The notes beneath the pieces are model-generated. The model ran no database searches. It saw only the letters and a list, made by a program, of their open reading frames with translations, and was not told the DNA's origin. Shown here one piece after another: positions 1-8,668 of a stretch of 64,000 nt of DNA. Location: IMG/VR virus record IMGVR_UViG_3300046542_000227, positions 124,001-188,000 of that record. The stretch is one strand, 5' to 3'. Position 1 is the first letter of the stretch. Every line of letters starts with the position of its first letter. A program made the position numbers and the translations under genes.

Positions 1-2
1 GG

Positions 3-245
3 ATGGGTGCGCAGGTGAAAGAAATCACCAAGTTTCCCTATTCCATAGGGTCAGGTTCGAAGGCAGCACTATTGGCAATGAAGCGCTTGGGCTTTACTGC
101 CCCAGCCGCTGTTGCTTGTGGCATAGACGTAGACCCGCACTCTGGCGGAGAAGTGTGCTATGTAAACTGCCGCGGTAAGGCGAAGGAACGCGAGCTATTG
201 CGTTATACCTACAGTCCTGCCGATATAGACGAATTGTTCGAATAA
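3..245 (+). CDS. 5'-truncated C-terminal part of a proteasome-beta/HslV-like Ntn-hydrolase
   Basis: Motifs SIGSGS and DVDPHSGGEV match the GSG and D..SGG motifs of T1-family subunits; the gene runs off the window start. Confidence 0.6.
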   Translation: MGAQVKEITKFPYSIGSGSKAALLAMKRLGFTAPAAVACGIDVDPHSGGEVCYVNCRGKAKERELLRYTYSPADIDELFE

Positions 246-305
246 CCCTACCCCTCCCGCCGTTGGGAGGGGTTTATTCCGTCATCTCCTTATAAGGAAA
301 AACCC

Positions 306-1109
306 ATGAATACGCAAGCAGCTGCCTTCCTCGGTACCTACGGTTCTTACTATCAATCCGTGTGTGACGACGTGCAGATCGCGTTGGGTAATGTGAACGC
401 CCAAGCCCTGTTCGATTCCATCGTTGTTAAAGAATGCCTGACCAGTACTGAGCTGGATGCGGCCATCCATAGCCTGCGTGATCTGGTACCGGGTCTGGGT
501 TATAGCCAGGGTCAGAATCACATCTTCCGTGTCCTGGGCTACCGTAGCTGTGGTCTGGCTTTCGAGATCCGTAAGGTCTGGTCGTCGGTCTGGCAACACA
601 AGGAGCTGTCCCACCCTAACCTGTGGCATCAGTTCCTTTACGTCAACATGACCGATTCGGTATTCGGTTCCCGTGACTACAGCAAAGACCAGTGGAGCCT
701 GCACTACATCGAGTTCCTGTTTGAACCGTTGTTGCGTGGGTTGATCCAGTACGAAGACCAAGTCCCTGAGGTATTGGCCAATACGTTCCTGACCATGCTG
801 AACATCTCGCAACAGAAGACAATGAGCATGCCTATGGTGCGCACTCTGGCCGATCAGATCGAACATGAGATGAACGGTACCGTTCGGCACACCACGGCCA
901 TGAACCTCGTTGCAGTGGCTCTGGGCTACAAGACCTGGCCTGCGATGTTGGAATGCTGCCATGACTCCACCATCAACAACCGTCGTCACCCAAGTCGCTT
1001 CGGCATTGCCCGCTGGATCGTAGAACCACCACTGAACGGTGACCTCTCTGCGTTGAAAGCAGCTGGCATGATCGACGCTATTGGTAGTTACCCAACTGCC
1101 CGCGAGTGA
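306..1109 (+). CDS. Hypothetical protein with two copies of a short helical motif
   Basis: 267 aa ORF with AAGGA RBS; HSLRD...FRVLGYRS and TLADQ...VAVALGYKTW resemble each other. Confidence 0.6.
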   Translation: MNTQAAAFLGTYGSYYQSVCDDVQIALGNVNAQALFDSIVVKECLTSTELDAAIHSLRDLVPGLGYSQGQNHIFRVLGYRSCGLAFEIRKVWSSVWQHKELSHPNLWHQFLYVNMTDSVFGSRDYSKDQWSLHYIEFLFEPLLRGLIQYEDQVPEVLANTFLTMLNISQQKTMSMPMVRTLADQIEHEMNGTVRHTTAMNLVAVALGYKTWPAMLECCHDSTINNRRHPSRFGIARWIVEPPLNGDLSALKAAGMIDAIGSYPTARE

Positions 1110-1188
1110 AAGAAATACCCCCCAAGGTATAGTGTGTAGAAATACCACTTCCCAATAAAACCCCAACCAAAAGAAAAAGGATTACCCC

Positions 1189-1458
1189 ATGACCATCTCC
1201 GCCATCGCATCCAGCATCAAAGCCTCCGTAGCCGCAGAACTGGCTAACGTACAACTCCCGGAAGGCGTTGAAGTATCGGCCGAAGTGCAACAGTCCATCG
1301 CCGACGCTGGTGTTCGCGGTACTCTGAACGCCATCGGCGAACTGAACAATGCCAATGTCGTCTACATCAGCGGTTCGGTTGAAGAAGGCAACGACGACGT
1401 CGCCAGCTTCTCCCCATCCGAAATCCTGGGCGAGCTGTTCGGTTCCGTGAACTCGTAA
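1189..1458 (+). CDS. Small acidic hypothetical protein
   Basis: 89 aa, AAGGA RBS, strong C-ending codon bias, followed by a terminator hairpin. Confidence 0.7.
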   Translation: MTISAIASSIKASVAAELANVQLPEGVEVSAEVQQSIADAGVRGTLNAIGELNNANVVYISGSVEEGNDDVASFSPSEILGELFGSVNS

Positions 1459-1481
1459 TACCTGCTCGGCCTGCGCCAGAC

Positions 1482-1525
1482 TAGAGGAGCCTTCGGGCTC
1501 CTCTATGTCCGTCTACTGGTTTTAT
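1482..1525 (+). terminator. Intrinsic terminator hairpin
   Basis: TAGAGGAGCC-TTCG-GGCTCCTCTA followed by TGTC and a T-rich tract. Confidence 0.75.
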
Positions 1526-1544
1526 TTTTTACCTGCTGGAATGA

Positions 1545-2339
1545 GTGTACATGTACAATCCGGTAAACATTACTCGTGATAAACCACAAACCACCGTAGG
1601 TGATCAAATGGATACGACGACTACTGCAGCACAAACCGAAGAACATACCGCCACTCCAGGCGATGTCAATAACAACTGGAACCTGCGTGACGTGTTTGTC
1701 AACATGACCGTTGACGACTATGACGCAGCTTTCAAGAAGGGTTTCAAAGGGACTCAGGAAGAATGGGTTGAGTTCCTCGAAGGGATCACCCATCCGGTAG
1801 ACCCAGAAGCTATCGCAGCCTCGATTCCAGCCATGGAAGAGCTGCCGACACAAGTCAGTGACCGTGCGGTAGAGAAAGCGGCTACAAAGGCCGCTAAGGC
1901 CGCCGTGCAATATCGGACCGGTCCGTTCATCCGACTGATCATGTACATGACTGCAGCTTTCATGTTCCTGGTAACGGCAATGGGTGGGGCTGTGGCTTAC
2001 GTCGCTACCAACTACACGACAGCAGAACGCGTTGAGAACAATCGCCCTTGTGCGCTCAACCAAGAAGGTATCGAGATCTCCGGTACTCGCAGCTACAGTT
2101 ACATCGACCATCAGCTCTTTGGGTATCACTGGTCAACCCCGGACACACTCCTGACCAAGACCGTACTCAATGTCTCCATGAAAGGCTTGACGGTCGTAGC
2201 CATTACCAATGGCGAATCCAAAACAGTTCGGCGTGGTGAAGCAGAAGGTGGGGTATTGATTCTACCCGATGCTGACTACTACGCTTTCTTCTCCGCAGGC
2301 AGAGCCACAGGCGCCGCTTACAACGTACTCTGCAAGTAA
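1545..2339 (+). CDS. Single-pass membrane protein
   Basis: Acidic N-terminus and hydrophobic segment FIRLIMYMTAAFMFLVTAMGGAVAYVA; true start may be ATG at 1607. Confidence 0.65.
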   Translation: MYMYNPVNITRDKPQTTVGDQMDTTTTAAQTEEHTATPGDVNNNWNLRDVFVNMTVDDYDAAFKKGFKGTQEEWVEFLEGITHPVDPEAIAASIPAMEELPTQVSDRAVEKAATKAAKAAVQYRTGPFIRLIMYMTAAFMFLVTAMGGAVAYVATNYTTAERVENNRPCALNQEGIEISGTRSYSYIDHQLFGYHWSTPDTLLTKTVLNVSMKGLTVVAITNGESKTVRRGEAEGGVLILPDADYYAFFSAGRATGAAYNVLCK

Positions 2340-2348
2340 GGACCCGTT

Positions 2349-2837
2349 ATGACCTACAACCAAAAACATACGCTCAACACACTGCTGGTGAATCTGGTCG
2401 TGTTGATTCGCGATGCCAAGGTCTCTGAAGAGATTAAAGGTAAAGCGATTGCCATCGTCGACTTCTACCTGTACAACCCGTTCACGGCCAAGCAGGCGAA
2501 CTTCTTCCACATGCTGCACGGTACGGAGTTCTACACCACCAGTCTACGTGGGTATTACCACCCAACGCATGACCACTGTGCTGAGCAGGCATACGTGCCG
2601 TTGCTCACCCACATGCTCAAGACCAACTACGACAGCCTCGAAGCTGAACTGGAACGGTTGAAGATGTTGGAGGGGTTGTCGATTTACGATGATACGATTC
2701 CTACCGCTGAAACACTGAGGAGTCGTTTCGTTGAGGGCATTGCCTTGTACGAGTCGGTGGATCACCGGGACTACAACCAGCTGACCCGGACGCTACCCCT
2801 GCACCTGTTCGCGGAGGTAACCAATGAGAGCGCCTAA
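2349..2837 (+). CDS. Hypothetical protein
   Basis: 162 aa ORF packed in an operon with RBS. Confidence 0.6.
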   Translation: MTYNQKHTLNTLLVNLVVLIRDAKVSEEIKGKAIAIVDFYLYNPFTAKQANFFHMLHGTEFYTTSLRGYYHPTHDHCAEQAYVPLLTHMLKTNYDSLEAELERLKMLEGLSIYDDTIPTAETLRSRFVEGIALYESVDHRDYNQLTRTLPLHLFAEVTNESA

Positions 2838-3177
2838 TCCGAATCGGGTTCTCCCGTGGTTTGCTGGGACCATCGCTCTGATGTTCTTGGTACTGTCTGC
2901 CATGATGCATCCATCCGAAGCGGTATCGAGTACTGACGATACCCAGGACTACTACAGCTCTGTGTGTGCCTCGTTGCGTAACAAGTCGCAGCTTATGCAC
3001 ACTGCTGGTGAAGCGTTTGACCAGGCTACCGATGAGAGCCTTAAGTCAACATTCTGGGACCAGTACCAAGTCGCTCAGGAACAGCGCGAGCGATTGCTGC
3101 AACAACACCGGGCCAATGTGTCCTGGCAAGCATCGATGGGTAACCTGCCACCACGTGGCTCGACCTGTTTGTTGTAG
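2824..3177 (+). CDS. Membrane-anchored or secreted small protein
   Basis: N-terminal hydrophobic stretch WFAGTIALMFLVLSAM; overlaps upstream gene. Confidence 0.6.
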   Translation: MRAPNPNRVLPWFAGTIALMFLVLSAMMHPSEAVSSTDDTQDYYSSVCASLRNKSQLMHTAGEAFDQATDESLKSTFWDQYQVAQEQRERLLQQHRANVSWQASMGNLPPRGSTCLL

Positions 3178-3241
3178 GGGGACATAGAGCGGCGGGGTAA
3201 CACCCGCCGACTGTGCCGCATTTTATGATGTCAGAATAGGA

Positions 3242-3511
3242 GTGAAGCTCATGAGTGCGATTCGTCTTTACCGTAATGCTGCGAAGTCGTGGGTATTCGA
3301 TCACGATGGCGCTGAACGTCTGGCTGTTCTGTCTTCTGTGGATACCGATGAGTCATTCCGCTCGTTCGGTCTGCACCCCAACGGCGCTGTGTCCATCAAG
3401 GTATGTCCTACTGGCGAAATCGACGATGTCCAGTTGCTGGATGAAACTCCAGTGGCCGAACTGTACGTGCCTCGTGGCCATAGCCTCTATCGCGACCTTA
3501 CCCCAGTCTGA
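3242..3511 (+). CDS. Hypothetical protein
   Basis: 89 aa ORF with AGGAG RBS. Confidence 0.55.
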   Translation: MKLMSAIRLYRNAAKSWVFDHDGAERLAVLSSVDTDESFRSFGLHPNGAVSIKVCPTGEIDDVQLLDETPVAELYVPRGHSLYRDLTPV

Positions 3512-3571
3512 CTTTTTATACTGGGGTGGCCTGCATTATGTAACCATTCCCAAGTATAAGCGAATCAGCCG

Positions 3572-3913
3572 ATGTTCGACATGACGCAGAAACCGAACTG
3601 CACTTGGTCTCACACTAGTTGGGGCCGTGGTAAGCGCACCGTAGAAACCGGTCAAGGCTACTACGTGATCGAGCACATTGCCACTGGTAAGTGCATCGTA
3701 GGTAATTCCACCAACGTCACCAAAGACGTAGACGCTCAGATCGCGGCGTTGATGGCTGGCACGCATCCTAACAAACCGCTGCAGAAACTGGTCAGCATGG
3801 ATATGGACCTGAAACTCATTGAATATGAAGCCATGTCCGCTAAGGTCGCTAAAGACCGTGTCCGTGAAATCAAACGCAGCATGATTCCATCCTATCTCCT
3901 ACTGAACCCTTAG
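3572..3913 (+). CDS. Degenerate GIY-YIG-like domain protein
   Basis: GYYVIEHIATGKCIVGNS...GTHPNKPLQ resembles GIY-YIG/SegA-type N-terminus, but catalytic Tyr/Arg appear missing. Confidence 0.5.
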   Translation: MFDMTQKPNCTWSHTSWGRGKRTVETGQGYYVIEHIATGKCIVGNSTNVTKDVDAQIAALMAGTHPNKPLQKLVSMDMDLKLIEYEAMSAKVAKDRVREIKRSMIPSYLLLNP

Positions 3914-3923
3914 GGTATTTTGC

Positions 3924-4133
3924 ATGTCTATTAAACCAGGCGACACCGCAGAAGCTCGTGCAACACGTAATATCTCTGTGGCTGAAGATGAAGCACCGAT
4001 CTTGGTGATCAAAGCTGGCGATCGTTTGGTCGCTACCTCAGCTGCTGATGCCAATGGTTTCCAAACGTTTATCCACCTCCCCTCCAGTTTCGAGAACGTC
4101 ACCCTACACAAGGATGACGTAATCCCCGCGTAG
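3924..4133 (+). CDS. Hypothetical protein
   Basis: 69 aa ORF in operon. Confidence 0.5.
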   Translation: MSIKPGDTAEARATRNISVAEDEAPILVIKAGDRLVATSAADANGFQTFIHLPSSFENVTLHKDDVIPA

Positions 4134-4141
4134 GCACCCCG

Positions 4142-4669
4142 ATGACTCCAGCACTGCTTTACCACGGATCGCTGTATAAACAGAACGAACTAAAGCCCGG
4201 TTTTCAACATACCGGCAAGCTGGTCCAGTGGGACGGCATTGAAAACAATACCTACCTTTACACTACGTCCGATAAACCTGAAGCGATCAGCCTCGGTCTG
4301 GGTAGTGCGTTGGAGAAGGTGTTGGACTCACGGCGTTACGCCACGTTCGATAACAACGTGGTCGTGTACTTCTTCGGCGATCTCCCTGATGCAGAAAAGC
4401 TGCGTGAGTTGGAGATCTACGTGTACACGATCAAACCTGCCCCGGCTGATGGCTGGGTGAAGAATGAGAACCCATTTAACAATATCGATACCGAATGGGT
4501 AACACAGGCTACCGTGCGTGGCTTGCTCAAGTGTGAACGGGTAGACGTGGCTGGCTGGTTGCAAGATAAGAACCTGCTGTTCACGACCCGCTCTGTGGAT
4601 ACCTGCCCTAAGTCGCTGGTTGATTCCAGTGGCCAGTGGGGTGGTAAGACTGTCCGCGTGCAGCTGTAA
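4142..4669 (+). CDS. Possible ADP-ribosyltransferase-fold protein
   Basis: N-terminal LYHGS...ELKPG, later YLYTTS and YVYTI strands, as in Arr-like ART folds; the fold call is tentative. Confidence 0.4.
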   Translation: MTPALLYHGSLYKQNELKPGFQHTGKLVQWDGIENNTYLYTTSDKPEAISLGLGSALEKVLDSRRYATFDNNVVVYFFGDLPDAEKLRELEIYVYTIKPAPADGWVKNENPFNNIDTEWVTQATVRGLLKCERVDVAGWLQDKNLLFTTRSVDTCPKSLVDSSGQWGGKTVRVQL

Positions 4670-4744
4670 ATCCAGGCGAGGGGAAACCCTCGACCTGTTT
4701 TTCTTTTATGCCGCCTAGGAGGTGCATTGATCAAAAAGTATACT

Positions 4745-4935
4745 AGGGTGCCCCATGATGTGTTTAAGCCAGGCCTCTGTGGCTTTCTGGCTTTTATTCA
4801 GCTGTAAGACCCGGCCATTACTACGCCATCTTCGTGGTAGGCCATTCTAACCCTGCGTAAGCGGGACCTTTAGCTCAGTCCAGCGTTCGGCGGTGAGGAC
4901 CGCAAGGATACAATAAGACGCCCGTCAGAGCTAGT
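4745..4935 (+). ncRNA. Candidate structured non-coding RNA A
   Basis: ORF-free interval with nested stems (AAGCCAG/CTGGCTT, GGCC..CTAC/GTAG..GCC, CCC-GC-GTAA-GC-GGG, AGCTC/GAGCT) and GNRA/UUCG-type loops. Confidence 0.45.
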
Positions 4936-4946
4936 GAGATAAGTAC

Positions 4947-5264
4947 ATGGCAATACGTCAAAGTTACACCATCGCCCACGGTGGTCGTTATGAACTGGGT
5001 AACCATATCGGTAAGATCGGGAGGGTGCAAATCATCTCCATCACCGTTAACGGAAAAGCGATCCGTTACTCAGACTTAACCCATCGGGAATCTGGTACGC
5101 CGAACCGCTATTATGTGGAAGTCGGTCGTTCCTTCGATCCACTTGTCGGTGGCATGATCATGGTCAATAAAGATGCTCACGTAATCGAGACCTTCATTGC
5201 ATCGGATCAGTTCTATGACAGCGTCGTTGTGACGCTTGACATATACGAGGCAGGGGAGTCGTAA
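4947..5264 (+). CDS. Hypothetical beta-rich protein
   Basis: 105 aa ORF between ncRNA candidate A and a hairpin at ~5251-5275. Confidence 0.55.
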   Translation: MAIRQSYTIAHGGRYELGNHIGKIGRVQIISITVNGKAIRYSDLTHRESGTPNRYYVEVGRSFDPLVGGMIMVNKDAHVIETFIASDQFYDSVVVTLDIYEAGES

Positions 5265-5301
5265 GACTCCCTGCTTTATGTTCGCCTACCAGATTTCAAG
5301 A

Positions 5302-5321
5302 CTATATCACCTAAGCGATAG
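5302..5321 (+). promoter_or_regulatory. Putative early (virion RNAP) promoter CTATATCAC-N6-GATA; further copies at 9497, 16461, 26911, 42076, 48029, 60683, 61023
   Basis: Eight intergenic copies, each just upstream of a plus-strand gene; resembles the TATATTAC early motif of phiKZ. Confidence 0.7.
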
Positions 5322-5342
5322 ATAGAAACGTGGAGAGTCGCA

Positions 5343-7493
5343 ATGGAACTTAACGAAGCTGATCTAAAGATCGGTTTTCTTCGTGACGAGATCACCAAAC
5401 ATGATCATCGTTATTACGTACTGGATGACCCGATTATCCAAGACCAAGCTTATGATAGCTTGATGCTCCAGCTGCGTACGCTGGAACAAGCCTTCCCTAG
5501 TTTGATCATCCCGACATCTCCGACTCAGCGCGTAGGTGGTTGGCGCTCTAACCAATTTGAAGCAGTGACGCATGACTACCCGATGCTTAGCTTGGGTAAC
5601 GTGTTCAACATCGAAGAACTACTGGCATGGTTTAAGACTATCCCACTGGGTACTCACGTTATCGGTGAGTGGAAGTACGACGGCTTGAGTTTGAGCCTGA
5701 CGTATGAAGGTGGGATCCTGACCCGGGCGGTAACGCGTGGTGATGGTGTCGTCGGTGAAGACGTAACGGTTAACGCTGTACACGTCGGCGGTATTCCGAA
5801 GAAGATCAAGTACGCCAGCAAAGCCTCGGTGGTTACCATCCGTGGTGAAGTGGTGGTGAACAAAGAGATCTTCGAACACGTCCAGGCTACATTGGAAGCT
5901 GCGGGTCAGAAGAAGTTCGCTAACGAACGCAACTATGCGGCTGGTAGCCTACGTCAGAAGAACCCACAGATCACCAAGGATCGTCAGTTGCACTTTGTGG
6001 CCTACAGCTGCAAGTCAACCGACGAGGACTTCAAACGTCACAGTGATTCGCTGGAGTACGTGTCGAAGAATGGCTTCCACATTGCACATTGCTTTGGTAC
6101 CTTCGATCTGCCGATTGATGAGCAGACCTTGGGCTTATCGGTAGCGGTGGCTGGTGGTCTGCGTGAGAAGCTTCCTGTCGTTATCGATGGCCTGGTGTTC
6201 AAGGTGGATAACTTCGACATCCAGCGTCAAATGGGTTTCCGTTCTCGGGAGCCTCGGTGGGGGACGGCATATAAGTTTCCAGCGACTCAGGTGACCACCA
6301 CGCTTGAAGCGGTGGACTTCCAAGTCGGTCGTACGGGGAACATTACGCCAGTAGCCCGGATCACACCGGTGCGGGTGCATGGGGTTGTGGTGACTAACGT
6401 CACATTGCATAACCCAGATGAGATCACTCGCCTGGGTGTGGGGATTGGCAGCAAGATCATCATCGAACGACGTGGGGACGTCATTCCGAAGATCATGGGG
6501 ATTGATCCGAACTACAAGGTCAATACCACGCCAATCATTATCCCGACGGGTTGCCCGGTCTGTGGTGCTCCTATCGCTCCTCGGATGCGTAAGGCTGGTA
6601 AGGAGCAAGAAGTTAGTGCGGTGGTTTACTGCACGAACCACAGAGCCTGTGAAGGCCAATTACAAGCACGCATGGAATACTTCGTCGGCAGTGATGGTCT
6701 GGATATTGAAGACCTTGGTGGTGCAACTATCGCTACGCTGATTTACGAAGGCAAGGTGGGTCGTTGGGGCGACATCTACCGACTGACCTACGATGACTTC
6801 GACGGTTTGGATGGCTTCGGGGAAGCTACGATTACCAAACTGCTGAAGAACATCAAGTTGTCGAAGGTGACCACTCAACGTAAGTTCCTGACTGCTCTGG
6901 GTATCACTGGCGCCAGCACTGGTACATGTCGACGTATGGTGGAAGCACTGGGTAGCATCGAACGTATTTTCCATGCTGCATCACAGACTCTGGAGCAGAT
7001 CCGTGACATTGGTCAGGACACAGCCGAAGGGATCATCGAGTGGTATCGGGAGAACTACGGCGACGTTCAGGACTTGCTATCACATCACTTCACCTTCAGT
7101 GACGTTGGTGATGTAGCGGCTGAACTCAGAGGTACCTTCACTGAGAAGGCGCTTATGAAGCTGGCTAAGCGTGATAGTTTGAGTAATGACGGGATCGATG
7201 TGTTGCGCAAGCAATGGGTTGATTGGGGTCTGCATGAGTCCTGCGAAAAAGTAGAACGACTCAAAGGCCCTCTCGATGGTCAGACTTGGGTGCTTACCGG
7301 TAACTTCTCTCACTTCAGTCGTAATGAGGCAACGGATAAGTTGCGGCTGCTAGGGGCAACTGTAACCGATAGCGTATCCAAGAACACCACTTGCGTCATT
7401 GCGGGTCCAGGGGCTGGAGCAAAAGAAACCAAGGCAAATTTGCTCGGCGTTCCTGTGCACGGGGAAGTTTATCTGCGTGCAGTAATCGAATAA
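5343..7493 (+). CDS. ligA: NAD-dependent DNA ligase
   Basis: KYDGLS adenylation motif, TRGDG, OB fold GRTG, Cys4 zinc finger, HhH repeats and C-terminal BRCT (VLTG...VSKNT). Confidence 0.97.
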   Translation: MELNEADLKIGFLRDEITKHDHRYYVLDDPIIQDQAYDSLMLQLRTLEQAFPSLIIPTSPTQRVGGWRSNQFEAVTHDYPMLSLGNVFNIEELLAWFKTIPLGTHVIGEWKYDGLSLSLTYEGGILTRAVTRGDGVVGEDVTVNAVHVGGIPKKIKYASKASVVTIRGEVVVNKEIFEHVQATLEAAGQKKFANERNYAAGSLRQKNPQITKDRQLHFVAYSCKSTDEDFKRHSDSLEYVSKNGFHIAHCFGTFDLPIDEQTLGLSVAVAGGLREKLPVVIDGLVFKVDNFDIQRQMGFRSREPRWGTAYKFPATQVTTTLEAVDFQVGRTGNITPVARITPVRVHGVVVTNVTLHNPDEITRLGVGIGSKIIIERRGDVIPKIMGIDPNYKVNTTPIIIPTGCPVCGAPIAPRMRKAGKEQEVSAVVYCTNHRACEGQLQARMEYFVGSDGLDIEDLGGATIATLIYEGKVGRWGDIYRLTYDDFDGLDGFGEATITKLLKNIKLSKVTTQRKFLTALGITGASTGTCRRMVEALGSIERIFHAASQTLEQIRDIGQDTAEGIIEWYRENYGDVQDLLSHHFTFSDVGDVAAELRGTFTEKALMKLAKRDSLSNDGIDVLRKQWVDWGLHESCEKVERLKGPLDGQTWVLTGNFSHFSRNEATDKLRLLGATVTDSVSKNTTCVIAGPGAGAKETKANLLGVPVHGEVYLRAVIE

Positions 7494-7533
7494 GAGAAAG
7501 CGGACAAGGAAGTCCAATCGTTAGGAGTTAGCG

Positions 7534-7848
7534 ATGCACGACTTTGATGAGCGGTACGGAGCTATTAAGCGTAACATGTCCGATTACAGTAATCAGACAT
7601 CCGTACCTCAGGGGAGGAGATTCATCTATGCTTACGTGGATCTGACCAATCGGATCATTCACTTAGGCAAAACGATTTCACCAGTCAACATTGCCTCGTA
7701 CTACCATGCCTTCAGGCGTAAATATTCAACGGCAAAGTTACCTGCAAAGCTTAAGGGTAGTGACAAGAATACCCGTCTGCTTTTCTTTATCAAAGACGAC
7801 CCTGATGGTAGTGTCTACCAACGAGTCATGCGCCCCAGCCGATGGTGA
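7534..7848 (+). CDS. Hypothetical protein, weakly GIY-YIG-like
   Basis: FIYAYVD...IHLGKT; AGGAG RBS. Confidence 0.5.
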   Translation: MHDFDERYGAIKRNMSDYSNQTSVPQGRRFIYAYVDLTNRIIHLGKTISPVNIASYYHAFRRKYSTAKLPAKLKGSDKNTRLLFFIKDDPDGSVYQRVMRPSRW

Positions 7849-7856
7849 CCGACACA

Positions 7857-8057
7857 ATGACCAATCCAAACAACTGTGATACCTGCGACTATAAACAGAT
7901 GCGGGGATCCGAACACGACGACAAACAACACTGCTACATGTTTTACGATTCCCCTGTGGAACAATGCATGCAGCACACCGGTCACCGCGTGGCCGAAACC
8001 AATCTTACTAACGCACTGCGTGACTTCGTAAAGTTCATGCCTAAGGACCTACTATGA
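7857..8057 (+). CDS. Small Cys/His-rich protein
   Basis: CDTC...HCYM...CMQH; overlap-coupled to the next gene. Confidence 0.55.
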   Translation: MTNPNNCDTCDYKQMRGSEHDDKQHCYMFYDSPVEQCMQHTGHRVAETNLTNALRDFVKFMPKDLL

Positions 8058-8668
8058 CCACCGTCGTACTTACACCAGACTTTATTTTGGCTGACTGCCG
8101 TGTGACCTGTAAGATCGCTGCGGTTGATGCGATGGGTAAGACCGTCCAGCTTGATTGCATCACCGACGAGTTCGGTAAGATCGGCGAGTGGCGTCAGTCC
8201 CTCGATGGCGATGAGTGCTACGGCTTCGTGTTGTTCGGTGAAGTTGAAACTGCACAGGCCTTGGCTAAGTACTTGGACACAGTCGGTCTGTCCAACCTTA
8301 AGGACAAGCTCGATGCATTGGGTGGTTTCAAGATCAAGCTGCCACAGGTAGCCACGGGCATTGCTTGGGTCACTGAGGCTAAGCGCATGATGTGGGTGAC
8401 CTTGGATCCTCAGGGTTATCAGATCCATGAAGCTGAGCCCGGTAAAGAATACGTTGCCTTAGGCAGCGGCGCTGCATTGTTCGACCAATACTACCAACGT
8501 CCTAAGGACATCATGTCGGCCTTCCTTTATGCAGCCAAGGAAGATCCGCAGTCGACCCATCAGGTCTATGACCGTTGGACGCAAGAAACAGCACACATCG
8601 TTCGTCATCGTATTCCAGATGGCGAAGTCCCTAAAGTACTTGAAGAGTTGTTAACCGGCGGGCTCTGA
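8054..8668 (+). CDS. Proteasome-beta/HslV-like Ntn peptidase
   Basis: N-terminal M-T-T nucleophile, ADCRVT (D17/R19-like), GKI, ALGSGA and EDPQS. Confidence 0.65.
   Translation: MTTVVLTPDFILADCRVTCKIAAVDAMGKTVQLDCITDEFGKIGEWRQSLDGDECYGFVLFGEVETAQALAKYLDTVGLSNLKDKLDALGGFKIKLPQVATGIAWVTEAKRMMWVTLDPQGYQIHEAEPGKEYVALGSGAALFDQYYQRPKDIMSAFLYAAKEDPQSTHQVYDRWTQETAHIVRHRIPDGEVPKVLEELLTGGL

Noticed and set aside
4863-4935. tRNA-like start GGGACCT-TTAGCTCAG with a later GAGC
   Set aside because: The D-stem halves are about 50 nt apart, and no anticodon arm, T-psi-C arm or acceptor 3' strand follows
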